Shown here: positions 1 through 9,051 of the stretch, in pieces
Layout: every line of letters begins with the position of its first letter
How positions within the stretch are numbered: the first letter of the stretch is position 1
Origin: Staphylothermus marinus F1
GTDB taxonomy: Archaea > Thermoproteota > Thermoprotei_A > Sulfolobales > Desulfurococcaceae
Reading direction: 5' to 3'
Assembly: GCF_000015945.1 (NCBI RefSeq)
Contig: NC_009033.1
Location: forward strand, 1,500,001 to 1,532,000
DNA: 32,000 nt
Notes under the pieces: generated by a model
What the model was told of the DNA's origin: nothing
Database searches by the model: none
The model's input: the letters and a program-made list of their open reading frames with translations, nothing else
Program-made: the position numbers and the translations under genes

Positions 1-181
1 TCCTTGACTAAGATGTAGTGCTTCCATAAAGCATTAGGTGATTCATATAATGCAATATTTGATTTACTGTAGCAATTATTTCCCCGCCCCTAATCCATTT
101 CCGAAACAGTTTTCTAGCAACCTCAGAATTCTCCCCTCCAATAACTAGTTTTACCGTGAAAGAAGCATCTAATACTATCAT
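1..181 (-). pseudogene. vapC: PIN-domain VapC-like toxin, runs off the window edge, apparent 1-nt frameshift
   Basis: Minus strand from ATG (cat at 179-181): MIVLDASFTVKLVIGGENSEVARKLFRKWIRGGEIIA, a PIN N-terminus with the conserved Asp. It is paralogous to the intact VapC at 27313-27720 (MIVIDASSLAKYLLKE). This frame stops at 8-10. The expected continuation ..IALYESPNALWKHYILVK is open in another frame to the window edge, so a frameshift lies around 52-70. The ATG overlaps the upstream antitoxin stop (ATGA). Confidence 0.45.
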
Positions 182-400
182 CTACTATCCCTATCCTCTC
201 TAATAAGCCTGGTAGAATCTATTCTAACCCTCCTCTTCCCAGCCCTAACACTTATTTCTTCAAAACCTCCAACAACCCGCATCTCTTAATTCTGTCCTCA
301 ATAAAACTTTCTATCTCCCTACTCTTCAATCAATATATGCCTTCTCCATCTTCTCCTTTAACTCCTTGGGAACCCTGATCGTTAATATTTTAGAGCCCAT
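178..400 (-). pseudogene. VapB-like (RHH/CopG-type) antitoxin remnant needing two frameshifts
   Basis: Minus strand ATG at 398-400 gives MGSKILTIRVPKELKEKMEKAYID, then TGA. The continuation is readable only in the other two frames (..SREIESFIEDRIKRCGLLEVLKK, then ..ISVRAGKRRVRIDSTRLIREDRDSR*). It is colinear with the intact VapB at 27707-27952 (VSIRVPRKLKKLMDEF..INWSEEIRRFIEMRIKEL..VREDRDSY). Confidence 0.4.
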
Positions 401-577
401 ATAGTACAACATGTAATACAGTCATGTAATATAGAGATACAAGGCTTATCAGAAAGTAACATACAATGATAAGTCCTTGAGAACACTCCCAGACTTATGA
501 GAGCTATCTTATACTACTCTTCCTATCCTATATTTATAAAAGGGGCTGGTAATAGTGTTTGAATAGACCCTGACGCT

Positions 578-1147
578 TTGTGGGGAGGAGCGGTATTGGT
601 TTATGCGACTGTTGTGCCTAGAAGGTTTATACTAGAATCTGGGAGAGTTGTTACTCTTGAAGCATGGGAGGTTGAGGAGAAGCTCACTAGAAGCACATTG
701 TTCATGCTCTGGGCCCCCGATGTTGAGAAGGTGTATAAGTATCTCGTTCAAGAGCAGGGGTTTGAGCCTGCTATTCCCTCCACTCCTAAGGGGGAGAAGT
801 ATGGGTTGAGACGCGTCCTTGACCAAGTATGGGAGCTCCACCTCAGGCTATACAGTAATGGCTTCATAGAGGCTGAGGTGGAGGTTAGGAGGGATTTCTT
901 GGAGCACCTCCAGCCTAGGAGGCTTAACGTGGTCTACGAGGCATATGAGTACTATAGGGGGGTCTACGATAAACTCCATATATGGTACACTCCAGAGAAG
1001 GAATGGATCACGAGGATAATAGACCACTTCAACGTCAAGCTAAGAGACCCCGAAACACTAACCCCCTGGAAACCAATAGTTCTAGGAATAGTTACAACCG
1101 GACTATTCATCTACGCTCTCTCAAGACTCACAAGAGGGAGAGTGTAG
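578..1147 (+). CDS. hypothetical protein with C-terminal TM helix
   Basis: 189-aa ORF with a TTG start. The C-terminal hydrophobic stretch IVLGIVTTGLFIYALSRL is followed by basic residues. Its stop overlaps the GTG of the next gene by 1 nt (TAGTG). No family recognised. Confidence 0.45.
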   Translation: MWGGAVLVYATVVPRRFILESGRVVTLEAWEVEEKLTRSTLFMLWAPDVEKVYKYLVQEQGFEPAIPSTPKGEKYGLRRVLDQVWELHLRLYSNGFIEAEVEVRRDFLEHLQPRRLNVVYEAYEYYRGVYDKLHIWYTPEKEWITRIIDHFNVKLRDPETLTPWKPIVLGIVTTGLFIYALSRLTRGRV

Positions 1148-1545
1148 TGGGTGAGGCTCCAGCAACTCATATAGAGAATCTAAGGAAATGGTTTAGAGAG
1201 GCATTAGAACTACTCGAGAAGGGGGATGCAGTTCAGGGTTCAGAGAAGCTCTACAAGATCGCCGAGGCAGCAATAAAGATACTGGCTAAAGTGAAGCAAA
1301 TACCAGAATATGAGAAGGCTCAAAGAGAAGATAGATGGTGGCCAAGACTGCTACAACGAGCCGCGAGAAGGCTTAGCGAAATCTATGGTAAAGAAGTCCT
1401 AGACGCTTGGAACACAGCATATCACCGTCTCCATATAGATGGCTTCCACGAAGAGAGGCTTTCAGCGGAGGAAGTGTTGGAAGAGGCATATATAATAGAA
1501 GACCTCGTCAAGCTTGTGGAGAGGGAGGCAGGAAATAATAGGTAA
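1147..1545 (+). CDS. PaREP1-family helical protein
   Basis: The ORF-track frame 982-1545 overlaps the upstream gene. GTG at 1147 gives a 132-aa product. GDAVQGSEKLYKIAEAAIKILA...WNTAYHRLHIDGFHEERLSAEEV matches my recollection of the archaeal PaREP1/PaREP8 family pattern (ASEKxW/Y..A...KA.....H..GFHE). Confidence 0.65.
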   Translation: MGEAPATHIENLRKWFREALELLEKGDAVQGSEKLYKIAEAAIKILAKVKQIPEYEKAQREDRWWPRLLQRAARRLSEIYGKEVLDAWNTAYHRLHIDGFHEERLSAEEVLEEAYIIEDLVKLVEREAGNNR

Positions 1546-1701
1546 AACCGATAATTGAGCCTCCCCAAGTAAAAGCACTGTGTAAATAATAGTGAGCAAT
1601 GATTATACTTGGCTATGGCTGGCAGTCATCATATTATCTGCTTTCAGAGCACTTCTACTCTTCCCTAATTATACTTATGCATATAGTTGTAGATGAATAT
1701 C

Positions 1702-2064
1702 TTAATCAACTAGATGAGTTAGTTCTATCCAGTACTTAGAAGCATCTCTTAACACAATACTCTTGTTTATTCTCTCATAGAATTCCTCACTAGTATATGG
1801 GAGTACTTCTATGAATGGGGTGATGTTTTTTATGAAGATAATCTTGTTGATTATGTCAAGCCTCTTTGAGAAGGGAATGTTCTTGAAGTCTCTAGAAACT
1901 ATTATTAAATCTATATCACTCGTTTTAAGCCATGTACCCTTTGCATAGCTTCCAAACAATATGATTCTATCTATTCTAAACCCTTCTCTCTGGATAGAGT
2001 ATACCAGCTCCTTTACTGCATTCAGTATTCTAGGAGGAATATTCTTGTATCGCCTTCTTAACAA
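1702..2064 (-). CDS. minimal nucleotidyltransferase (MNT, Pol-beta fold), partner of the upstream HEPN protein
   Basis: LFGSYAKGTWLKTSDIDLIIV carries the GSx(n)DxD NTase signature. Overlaps the upstream HEPN gene by 35 nt on the same strand. Confidence 0.85.
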   Translation of the reverse strand: MLRRRYKNIPPRILNAVKELVYSIQREGFRIDRIILFGSYAKGTWLKTSDIDLIIVSRDFKNIPFSKRLDIINKIIFIKNITPFIEVLPYTSEEFYERINKSIVLRDASKYWIELTHLVD

Positions 2065-2461
2065 ATTCGACCACCCTTCTAGCTATATCATAGGCTCTCT
2101 CAGCCTCCCCACGATCAACTGCTTCACTCGGCAACCCATTAGCTGCATCAGGATACCTGGTTATAGTATAGTATTTGTTTAGAATAGGAATGCCCTCCTC
2201 TAAATCACTTGGCAACTTGAAACCATACCTCTTTAAATCATTATAGAGCACAGAGACCCTATGTGTATATGGAGGCAGCTCTCTGGCTAGAACAAAATAT
2301 AATGCCTTTAAAGCTTTTTTAACAGCTTGCTGAGCAAAAAATGCTGTTCTAAACCAGCGCTTATTCTTTAAAGCAAGCTCGGCATCAAATAAGTCTTCCT
2401 CAGCAGCAGATATCCATAACAAAACCTCTTCCCGAACCACTACAAACCCTCCAGTAAACAC
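2030..2461 (-). CDS. HEPN-domain protein (classical HEPN of HEPN-MNT pairs)
   Basis: 143 aa. WISAAEEDLFDAELALKNKRWFRTAFFAQQAVKKALKALY...HRVSVLYNDL...YYTITRYPDA follows the classical HEPN helical pattern. It sits immediately upstream of, and overlaps, an MNT gene. Confidence 0.8.
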   Translation of the reverse strand: MFTGGFVVVREEVLLWISAAEEDLFDAELALKNKRWFRTAFFAQQAVKKALKALYFVLARELPPYTHRVSVLYNDLKRYGFKLPSDLEEGIPILNKYYTITRYPDAANGLPSEAVDRGEAERAYDIARRVVEFVKKAIQEYSS

Positions 2462-2538
2462 TTACTACTCCTATTAATACTAAAATAGCTGTTTAAACCC
2501 CTATAAGATCCTCATCACCTTTAACCCCCCGTGTAGGA

Positions 2539-2600
2539 GTGGTTGTCTGTGCATTATCTTTTTGGTTGCTGTGAGTATTATATGATGCTGTGTAGCGCCT
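2539..2600 (-). repeat. degenerate fragment of the IS right-end hairpin (fourth copy)
   Basis: gtggttgtctgtgcattatctttttggttgctgtgagtattat... aligns with MITE copy B (25436 onward: gtggttgcccgtgcattatcttttggttattttggatattat...). The runs gtggttg and gtgcattatctttt are exact. The stem arms are mutated. Confidence 0.3.
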
Positions 2601-2779
2601 AGGGATTCATCAGCTTCCTTCTTCTCTACAAGTTTAGCCAAGTCATCAGGATGGGGGGCAACAATTCATTAAATAGTTCTAAGCCTAAAGTTAACATCTA
2701 TTAGCTTTATGGCATCCCTTAAAGGCTTAGATATTAACGAGGTAATAGCTTATAGAGGAGCCATATAAAACTCTAACAG

Positions 2780-3010
2780 CTACTTGAACAGGATTGCCAA
2801 TATTATTGTTATCCACATGGATATCTGTATCCCTATAACCCACCAAATCCTACCCCTAAGCTCCCTAACCTCGGATTCTAGACGATTTAGCCTCCTGTTA
2901 AAATCTTCTCTAAACTCCATCATACGCTTATCCATCTGCTCCAATACACCCTCAATCTTAGCAACCCTCTCCTCTAACCCAGCAACTCTATCCTCCAAAA
3001 CCACGCTCAC
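2780..3010 (-). CDS. small coiled-coil protein with C-terminal TM anchor
   Basis: 76 aa. Heptad-like RVAGLEERVAKIEGVLEQMDKRMMEF...LESEVRELRGR is followed by the hydrophobic WWVIGIQISMWITIILAILF. Confidence 0.5.
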   Translation of the reverse strand: MSVVLEDRVAGLEERVAKIEGVLEQMDKRMMEFREDFNRRLNRLESEVRELRGRIWWVIGIQISMWITIILAILFK

Positions 3011-3297
3011 CCAGAAACCCCCAATAAAACCATATACTTCCCAGGGTACTTAAACACTAAACATACCCTACAATGTGAGGAGGAATCCCCCTAAAATACA
3101 TGGTTACCCCATAAGACTTACCAACTCTTTCCACATTCACTTACTCCCACATCCTCATACTACTCCAAGCACCTTAGCACATTCAGCGATAGTGTCAGTT
3201 AGCTTAATTAGTAGAGTCTTAAATAATAACTCAATCCGGTGAAGCATTCGAGGAAAGGTTTAAAAAGGAAGGTATGGAGTAGAAGTATGGTGTTCGT

Positions 3298-3510
3298 ATG
3301 GAGGCTGAGGAAGCTCTTGATAAGGCTATAGAGTTCTTAGAGAAGAGGGCAGGCTATTATTTCCATAGACTGGAAAGTATTAGCTTGAAGGAAGGAGTAT
3401 GGATTATAAGATTCGATGTCGGCATCTTCGCCAAAGAGGTAGTAGAGGTAAGGATAGATGATAAGACGGGAAGGGTGATAGGGTTTGGGAAGATTAGCCG
3501 AGGTGCATAG
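3298..3510 (+). CDS. small hypothetical protein
   Basis: 70-aa ORF with an ATG start. It overlaps the start of the downstream PaREP1-like gene, which suggests co-transcription. No family recognised with confidence. Confidence 0.45.
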   Translation: MEAEEALDKAIEFLEKRAGYYFHRLESISLKEGVWIIRFDVGIFAKEVVEVRIDDKTGRVIGFGKISRGA

Positions 3511-3868
3511 GAGGAGATTTGAGGAATACTACCATAATGCCCTAGAATACATGGGGAGAGGTGATTTCCCAAAGGCCTCAGAGTTTATGTGGGGTGCTAT
3601 AACTCAGACACTTAAAGCATTGGCAGCAATAAGAGGGTACCGTATAATTACTCACAAAGACTTCTTCGAATTCATGCGTCTTATCTCAAAGGAACTAGGA
3701 GACGAGGAACTATACAAGAAATTCCTACTATTAAACAATCTTCATAGAAACTTCTACGAAGAATACATAGATCCAAGAGACTTCCCCATCTACTATAAGG
3801 AAGCAGAATTATTCCTACGAAGAATATGGAGAATAGCCAAGGAAATCGAGGAATTAAGGAAAGGATAA
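3485..3868 (+). CDS. PaREP1-like helical protein
   Basis: GDFPKASEFMWGAITQTLKALAAIRG...LHRNFYEEYIDPRDF parallels the other two PaREP1-like genes (ASEKxWG...KAL...LHxNFYE). The true start may be GTG at 3503. Confidence 0.6.
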   Translation: MGRLAEVHRRRFEEYYHNALEYMGRGDFPKASEFMWGAITQTLKALAAIRGYRIITHKDFFEFMRLISKELGDEELYKKFLLLNNLHRNFYEEYIDPRDFPIYYKEAELFLRRIWRIAKEIEELRKG

Positions 3869-4093
3869 ATCTCCCCTAAACAGTTATACCAGGATACATC
3901 CTTAAATATATGGGTTCAATGATCCATTAAATCCTAGATCCCAACCATGTCAAATCTAATTAGGAGCCACATGCTCCACCCATACACCATCTGTCTTGCA
4001 TTCTTTAAAGCATTCCACATAGATGTAGTACCACATTATAGGGGCAGCTTTAATAACTGGTAGCTAACCTAATCATATTGTGTGGTGGAATAG

Positions 4094-4627
4094 TTGACTA
4101 CAATCACCATTGTCCTACCCGATAAGGTTTTAGAGTATCTTAAGAAGAAGGCTGGATACGAGGATAAGTCTATAGAGGAACTAATCGGTGAAGCTATACT
4201 CAAAATCCTTGGTATAAATGATCCCTAAGTCAACGCTGAACTACATTTAAAGTTATGTGAGAAATATATACGTGAAGCCGAGGAGCTCCTACTTAGGAAA
4301 GATTATACTCAAGCCTCCGAGAAAGCCTGGGGTGTAGCCTCCCAGATAGTTAAAGCATTAGTCGCTAAGGAGGGTGAAGAGCTAAGAAGCCATGCCAGCC
4401 TCTGGGAATACGTGGATAGACTAGCTGAGAAGCTTGGAGACATAGAGCTAAGACGCCTATGGAGAACAGCTAACACCCTCCACCAGAACTTCTATGAAAA
4501 CTGGATGCCCCCTAGGGAAGTAGAATACGCAGTAAGAGATGTTAAAGCCTTCATAGAGAAGCTGAAGACCATATACGCTAAGAGCACCGGGAACCAAAAT
4601 AAGAATAAATCCCTCCCCAACCCCTAA
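4094..4627 (+). pseudogene. PaREP1-like gene interrupted by one in-frame TAA (4226-4228)
   Basis: A single frame reads LTTITIVLPDKVLEYLKKKAGYEDKSIEELIGEAILKILGINDP * VNAELHLKLCEKYIREAEELLLRKDYTQASEKAWGVASQIVKALVAKEGEELRSHASLWEYVDRLAEKLG...LHQNFYENWMPPREV. No start codon lies between the TAA and GTG at 4412, yet PaREP1-like sequence fills that gap. Confidence 0.55.
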
Positions 4628-4639
4628 CCACCCTCCTCA

Positions 4640-4906
4640 ATGCTTTAATTCTAGGAGAAAACTTATCCCTCAAAGCCAGAATACTCCCCCTACTCAGAGG
4701 ATTATCCCAGCTCCCACCAGCCTCTCTCAAAATCTCCTCATTCAACCCAAGGAAACAAGATCCTCGAAATGACCCAAAGGATTAGACCAACTGGCACCAA
4801 GCAACCTCTCCCCCATATACACCCCCAGGATATTTAGGATCCCGGCAATCATGGAAGTATCAGACCTATGCATACCTAAAACAACTACCGTTCTCTCCTC
4901 TTCCAC
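4640..4906 (-). pseudogene. sulfotransferase-like N-terminal remnant (frameshifted and truncated)
   Basis: Minus strand from GTG (4904-4906): VEEERTVVVLGMHRSDTSMIAGILNILGVYMGERLLGASWSNPLGHFEDLV, stop at 4742-4744. It continues in another frame as FLGLNEEILREAGGSWDNPLSRGSILALRDKF. GMHRSxTS resembles the PAPS-binding loop of sulfotransferases. Only about 90 aa remain before the PaREP1-like locus begins. Confidence 0.4.
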
Positions 4907-5122
4907 ACCACTTCAACCCCCAACTTTTCAACAACAGCATTCCCCAACATTAGATCGTATAGTCCCCGAAGTATTTAACCCCTCTAATAATATTTCTCTA
5001 AAGCAGGTTTACAAGATATATCAAACCTATAGCAATATGGATCTTCGTCAAAAATATTGCCGCAATCCTTAGGTAGTGATCGACAAAGTAGAACATACCC
5101 CTGTTTTCCCGTGGAATAGAAG

Positions 5123-5653
5123 CTATCCTACATACCTTCTAAGAAAAGACAAAACTAAATCCACAGAAACACTTTCCGGCTTAACAACCCTCCCAACAAT
5201 CCTTCTACCAAGCCCATTCACCAGCTCAGCAAACTCCAAGACCTTAATATCATAGGCTATATTCAACACTGGTGTTCCACACATATGCGCGAGTACTAGT
5301 GCATGATACCTGACACAAATAACAGCTTTAACCAGCTTAAAAACACCTAGGATAGTTGACGGCTTAAACTCCTGGCTCAACACGTAATACCTATTACCCG
5401 AGACATCATGCAAGAATCTTCCTATAAGGTATCCAATACGTAAGTCGTCATCGAAAAACATATCAGGAAAACTACCACAACCAAACGGTATGTAGAGCAG
5501 CTTAACATGCTTATTAGCCTCAAGGTATTTAGCGAGAGTCTTAACTACACTATAGAGAACCCTAGCAAATACTCTTCCCATAAAAAACCTAAGATTAAGT
5601 CCAATAACTACATCTTCTTTACTAAAACCTAAACTCCTTAAAATATTCTCCAT
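5123..5653 (-). CDS. polysaccharide pyruvyl transferase-like protein, C-terminal half only
   Basis: VRYHALVLAHMCGTPVLNIAYDIKVLEFAELVNG resembles the conserved C-terminal block of CsaB/pyruvyl-transferase family proteins. The ORF is open upstream of the ATG to a TAG with no alternative start. The N-terminal half is missing from this frame. Confidence 0.55.
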   Translation of the reverse strand: MENILRSLGFSKEDVVIGLNLRFFMGRVFARVLYSVVKTLAKYLEANKHVKLLYIPFGCGSFPDMFFDDDLRIGYLIGRFLHDVSGNRYYVLSQEFKPSTILGVFKLVKAVICVRYHALVLAHMCGTPVLNIAYDIKVLEFAELVNGLGRRIVGRVVKPESVSVDLVLSFLRRYVG

Positions 5654-6257
5654 ACCATGAATGTCAGGTTTAAGCCTTAGGAAAGGATCAAGTTCGAGAG
5701 TTATCCTCCTACTAGTAATGAAGCCCTTAACAAACCTCTAAGACTGAACGCCTCTAATATTATATATTATTTTCTCGTGAGTTTCCATAAATATTGCCTG
5801 CTTGTATCTATATCTATAAAATTGTCTCTAGTAAGTATTCGTATTATATATAAAAGAATAGTCCGTTGCATTCTGAGATAACTGAGTCTCTCAGACGTGC
5901 TCTCTCTACTCTTCCAGCGAGATCTCGATGCTTCATTATCTGCGTCTAGGAAGACTGTATATGTAGGGCCTCCTGCATGGTAGAGCCTAGTTATGAGGCT
6001 TAATAGGGGGGATATTGTTTTAACCGGTATGTTCAGGATCCTGCATAGGTAGATATAATCTGCTATAGTAGCTGGTATGTACTCTTCAAATAGTATATGA
6101 CAGCTGAGCTTCTATGAAACATATGCAGTGATTAGAGGGGTTGTTAGGTTTTGTGGAGTATGTGTCTGAGGGATTAGATGGCTCGTATTAGTGGTTGTTC
6201 TGTTTACAATGGTTTAATATTTGTGGAGGCTTATAATTTATTAGGGGCTGTATTGCT

Positions 6258-6641
6258 TTGAGGCTTAGTATTTATGGGTTGGATGGTTTCACTTTGGGCA
6301 TTATACAATTTATAGGAGAGGAGAAGGGAGCTATTATAGACAGATTAAAAAGTGTGGGGGTTGGCGACCTGAAAATGTTGATCTCAAAGACTCTGGGCTC
6401 TGAAGTGAAGGGTCTGGGCTTAGCATTCGGTAAGCTACAATATAATGATCAAATTCTTGACATGGCCTATTTACACATATCCTCAGCTGACGGCGACGAG
6501 TACATATTAGAAATATATAGGGAGTCAGGAATGCTGATAACAAATATAAGCGTGCCCGAAACATATGAGAAAGTCGTGAAACTATTGAAAGAAATATGTC
6601 CTAGAATAAAAACACCTAGGTCAAGGCTGATAGGTATTTAG
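6258..6641 (+). CDS. hypothetical protein
   Basis: 127-aa ORF with a TTG start. No recognisable motif. Confidence 0.4.
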   Translation: MRLSIYGLDGFTLGIIQFIGEEKGAIIDRLKSVGVGDLKMLISKTLGSEVKGLGLAFGKLQYNDQILDMAYLHISSADGDEYILEIYRESGMLITNISVPETYEKVVKLLKEICPRIKTPRSRLIGI

Positions 6642-6802
6642 ATCTTCTTCTCCCCGATAAGTATTGTGTGAAAGCTTCTAAGGAGCCAGAACATATTATT
6701 TTCGAAAATGAAGAGGGTTCTGATAACTATTCTGGTTTAGAAAGGTTTGGTGATCAAAAATGTTTCTCTAAGGGGCAAGGATCGATCTGCATGTTCTAAC
6801 TC

Positions 6803-8185
6803 CTACAAAAGCGTCTTCCTCACAATGCTTATAGTGTTTTTCAAGTCTTTTAACGTATAAGTTTTTGTGTATTGTAATGTGATAATTGATATAGTAGTCA
6901 TTAGTACTGCCACTATAATGCCTGGTATGGATGTGATCATTAGTATTGCTGTTAAGATGTGCAGAATCCATAGAATTATCAAAGTCTTCAATATCCTTAC
7001 CTCTTCTCTCAGGGCTATCATTAATGCTACAGTATTCGATAATAGGAATGAAATAGCTGCACCATATACCCCCATGCTTCTTGCAAGGAAGTATAATAGG
7101 ATTAGAAGCGTTATCAAACGTATTGAACCTATTACCGCTATATTCCTCGTCTTGCCTTCCTTATTCAATTTGTTAATGATCGTAGTTAATGCAGTCAATG
7201 GCGCTATAGATAACAATAATACTTCGAGCGCGGATGCCCCGGATACAAGATTTGGATTAATTAGTTGTAGGATTGGTTTAGTAAAGGGTATCGTTAACAC
7301 TATAATAGGAGTTGCAAGGGATAGCCCTATTCTGAAGCTTTCAGGGAATGGATCGGTATTGCTCCTTGTCCCTATTGGTAGCGCAGCCCCTATTATTGAT
7401 CCAGGTACAGCCAATATTGCTAGCATAATCATAAGCGAAATATAAAGTATTCCTGTCTGAACCTCCTCACCAACTATTATTGCAAACACATAGACGCTTA
7501 GCACCGTTAATAATTGGTTAGCTATGATGTAGGGATAGTTCGAATACGTTAGCTTAACCAGATCTTTTATTTGTTCGCTTCTAGTCTTCAATGATATCTT
7601 ATGCCTATGATAGATCATGACCAATAACACAGCAACTATAAGGCCGGCAACAACATATGCCATAAACCCTGCTAGAGGAGCTAACACCCCCACCTCCAAC
7701 AAGGCAAGCAATGCGCCAACAGTAAGCTTCGCCAGTGCACCGATCGATATTGTTTCGAAGTATTGTTTAAACAATGTAAGCCCTAGAAGTATTGAAAGAA
7801 ATGTTATGAGAAGTATGTTCAGCCCAGCATAAAGAGAAGCTAAATAAACCAAGACATGATTTGTTCCTAGAAGATAAGTTAATGGAACCGTTAAGATCAT
7901 AGCCACAAACGCTAAGATAAGAGATACAAGCAATGATGCACCAATAGCCTCCGCCCCCTCAGCCGCCACCTGCCTCACAACAGCTATGTTCAGCCCTCCC
8001 GATACAAGTGTTAAGGCAATAGTCGCAGCACTAACGATAGCTGAGGCCTCACCAATTGATCCAACCCCACTCATATAAGTAATAACCAGCCAAAAAACTA
8101 GCCCCAAAACATTATTCACCAATGATCCCAGAAAAAGCCAAACACCACCAGCAATGGATTCATTAACAGTTTTCTCCATAACCAA
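6803..8185 (-). CDS. polysaccharide/oligosaccharide flippase (Wzx/RfbX-like, MOP superfamily)
   Basis: 460 aa and almost entirely hydrophobic, with about 12 or more predicted TM segments. Size and architecture are typical of polysaccharide biosynthesis flippases. Neighbouring genes are sugar-modification remnants. Confidence 0.75.
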   Translation of the reverse strand: MVMEKTVNESIAGGVWLFLGSLVNNVLGLVFWLVITYMSGVGSIGEASAIVSAATIALTLVSGGLNIAVVRQVAAEGAEAIGASLLVSLILAFVAMILTVPLTYLLGTNHVLVYLASLYAGLNILLITFLSILLGLTLFKQYFETISIGALAKLTVGALLALLEVGVLAPLAGFMAYVVAGLIVAVLLVMIYHRHKISLKTRSEQIKDLVKLTYSNYPYIIANQLLTVLSVYVFAIIVGEEVQTGILYISLMIMLAILAVPGSIIGAALPIGTRSNTDPFPESFRIGLSLATPIIVLTIPFTKPILQLINPNLVSGASALEVLLLSIAPLTALTTIINKLNKEGKTRNIAVIGSIRLITLLILLYFLARSMGVYGAAISFLLSNTVALMIALREEVRILKTLIILWILHILTAILMITSIPGIIVAVLMTTISIITLQYTKTYTLKDLKNTISIVRKTLL

Positions 8186-8469
8186 TCAATCCACAGCATA
8201 TTTTATACGTCTTTATACGTCTTCATATAATCTTTAAAAAATGTTTTAAAACCACTTCTACTAAACCACCATAACAACCAACACTCCATAGAAATAAGCC
8301 CAAAAACATTAAATAAATAAACTTGTAATTTTTTGATGATTAAATGCAGTCCAATATATTGGTATATACTCTTGTTTAGAAGAGAACATATTGTTATATT
8401 TTTCACTTCACTAAGGATATATTTACTTGGTACTATATAGATTCAGATATTGATAACTCGTGGCGAAGA

Positions 8470-8712
8470 GTGTTGATGAAAAAGAATAGTTGGGTCTTCA
8501 TCGAAACAATAGGGGTCACTTTAATTATTAGCTTTATAATACTACTTGTCATAGCAGCTGTGCTTTTAGCCTTAAACAATGAAGAATATGCAAACAAGTT
8601 CGCCGAGATCGCATATTATATGCTTGTAGGCGGAGTAATAATGCAATTAATATTATTATATAGAGAAAGAGGTGATAGGAATGAGGGCAGGATGCAATCT
8701 ACCGGGAAATAG
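8470..8712 (+). CDS. small membrane protein
   Basis: 80 aa with two hydrophobic segments (IGVTLIISFIILLVIAAVLLAL and AYYMLVGGVIMQLILL). Confidence 0.4.
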   Translation: MLMKKNSWVFIETIGVTLIISFIILLVIAAVLLALNNEEYANKFAEIAYYMLVGGVIMQLILLYRERGDRNEGRMQSTGK

Positions 8713-8752
8713 GCTTCCCATTATAATTATAAAAGCTTTGTAAGTAAGCTAG

Positions 8753-9019
8753 TTATTTTCGATACCTTATTCCTAGTGTTGCATCTGAATTTGGATCTTT
8801 TAAGAGTGTTTTATCCAAAGACTTATATATCTTTACTATGTCTTCTCCATTTGCCAACCTTTTAGCTATTACTTCTAATACCTTGTCTCCGAAACTCCAT
8901 GTTACTCCTCCTTTGAAAGATAAATATGCATAGGCTCCTTTGCTTAGGAAAATATTTGCTAATATATCATCATTTAATCCATAGCATCCAGTATATATGA
9001 TTACTGAATTACTTTTCAA
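8753..9019 (-). CDS. hypothetical protein, possibly the C-terminal fragment of a larger gene
   Basis: 88-aa ORF with a TTG start. The frame stays open upstream to a stop at 9050-9052 without a better start. It abuts the truncated ABC ATPase. Confidence 0.35.
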   Translation of the reverse strand: MKSNSVIIYTGCYGLNDDILANIFLSKGAYAYLSFKGGVTWSFGDKVLEVIAKRLANGEDIVKIYKSLDKTLLKDPNSDATLGIRYRK

Positions 9020-9051
9020 TTCGCCCAGTCTAGTTTTGAAGAATATTATTC

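Noticed and set aside
4851-5072. 73-aa plus-strand ORF
   Set aside because: It is Pro/Ser/Thr/Gln-rich and low-complexity. Its 5' part overlaps the antisense sulfotransferase-like remnant, which has a recognisable motif.
6867-7832. Plus-strand ORFs 6867-7445 and 7617-7832, and minus-strand 6768-6971
   Set aside because: They lie antisense to, or overlap, the 460-aa flippase gene and are shadow ORFs of a long hydrophobic coding region.
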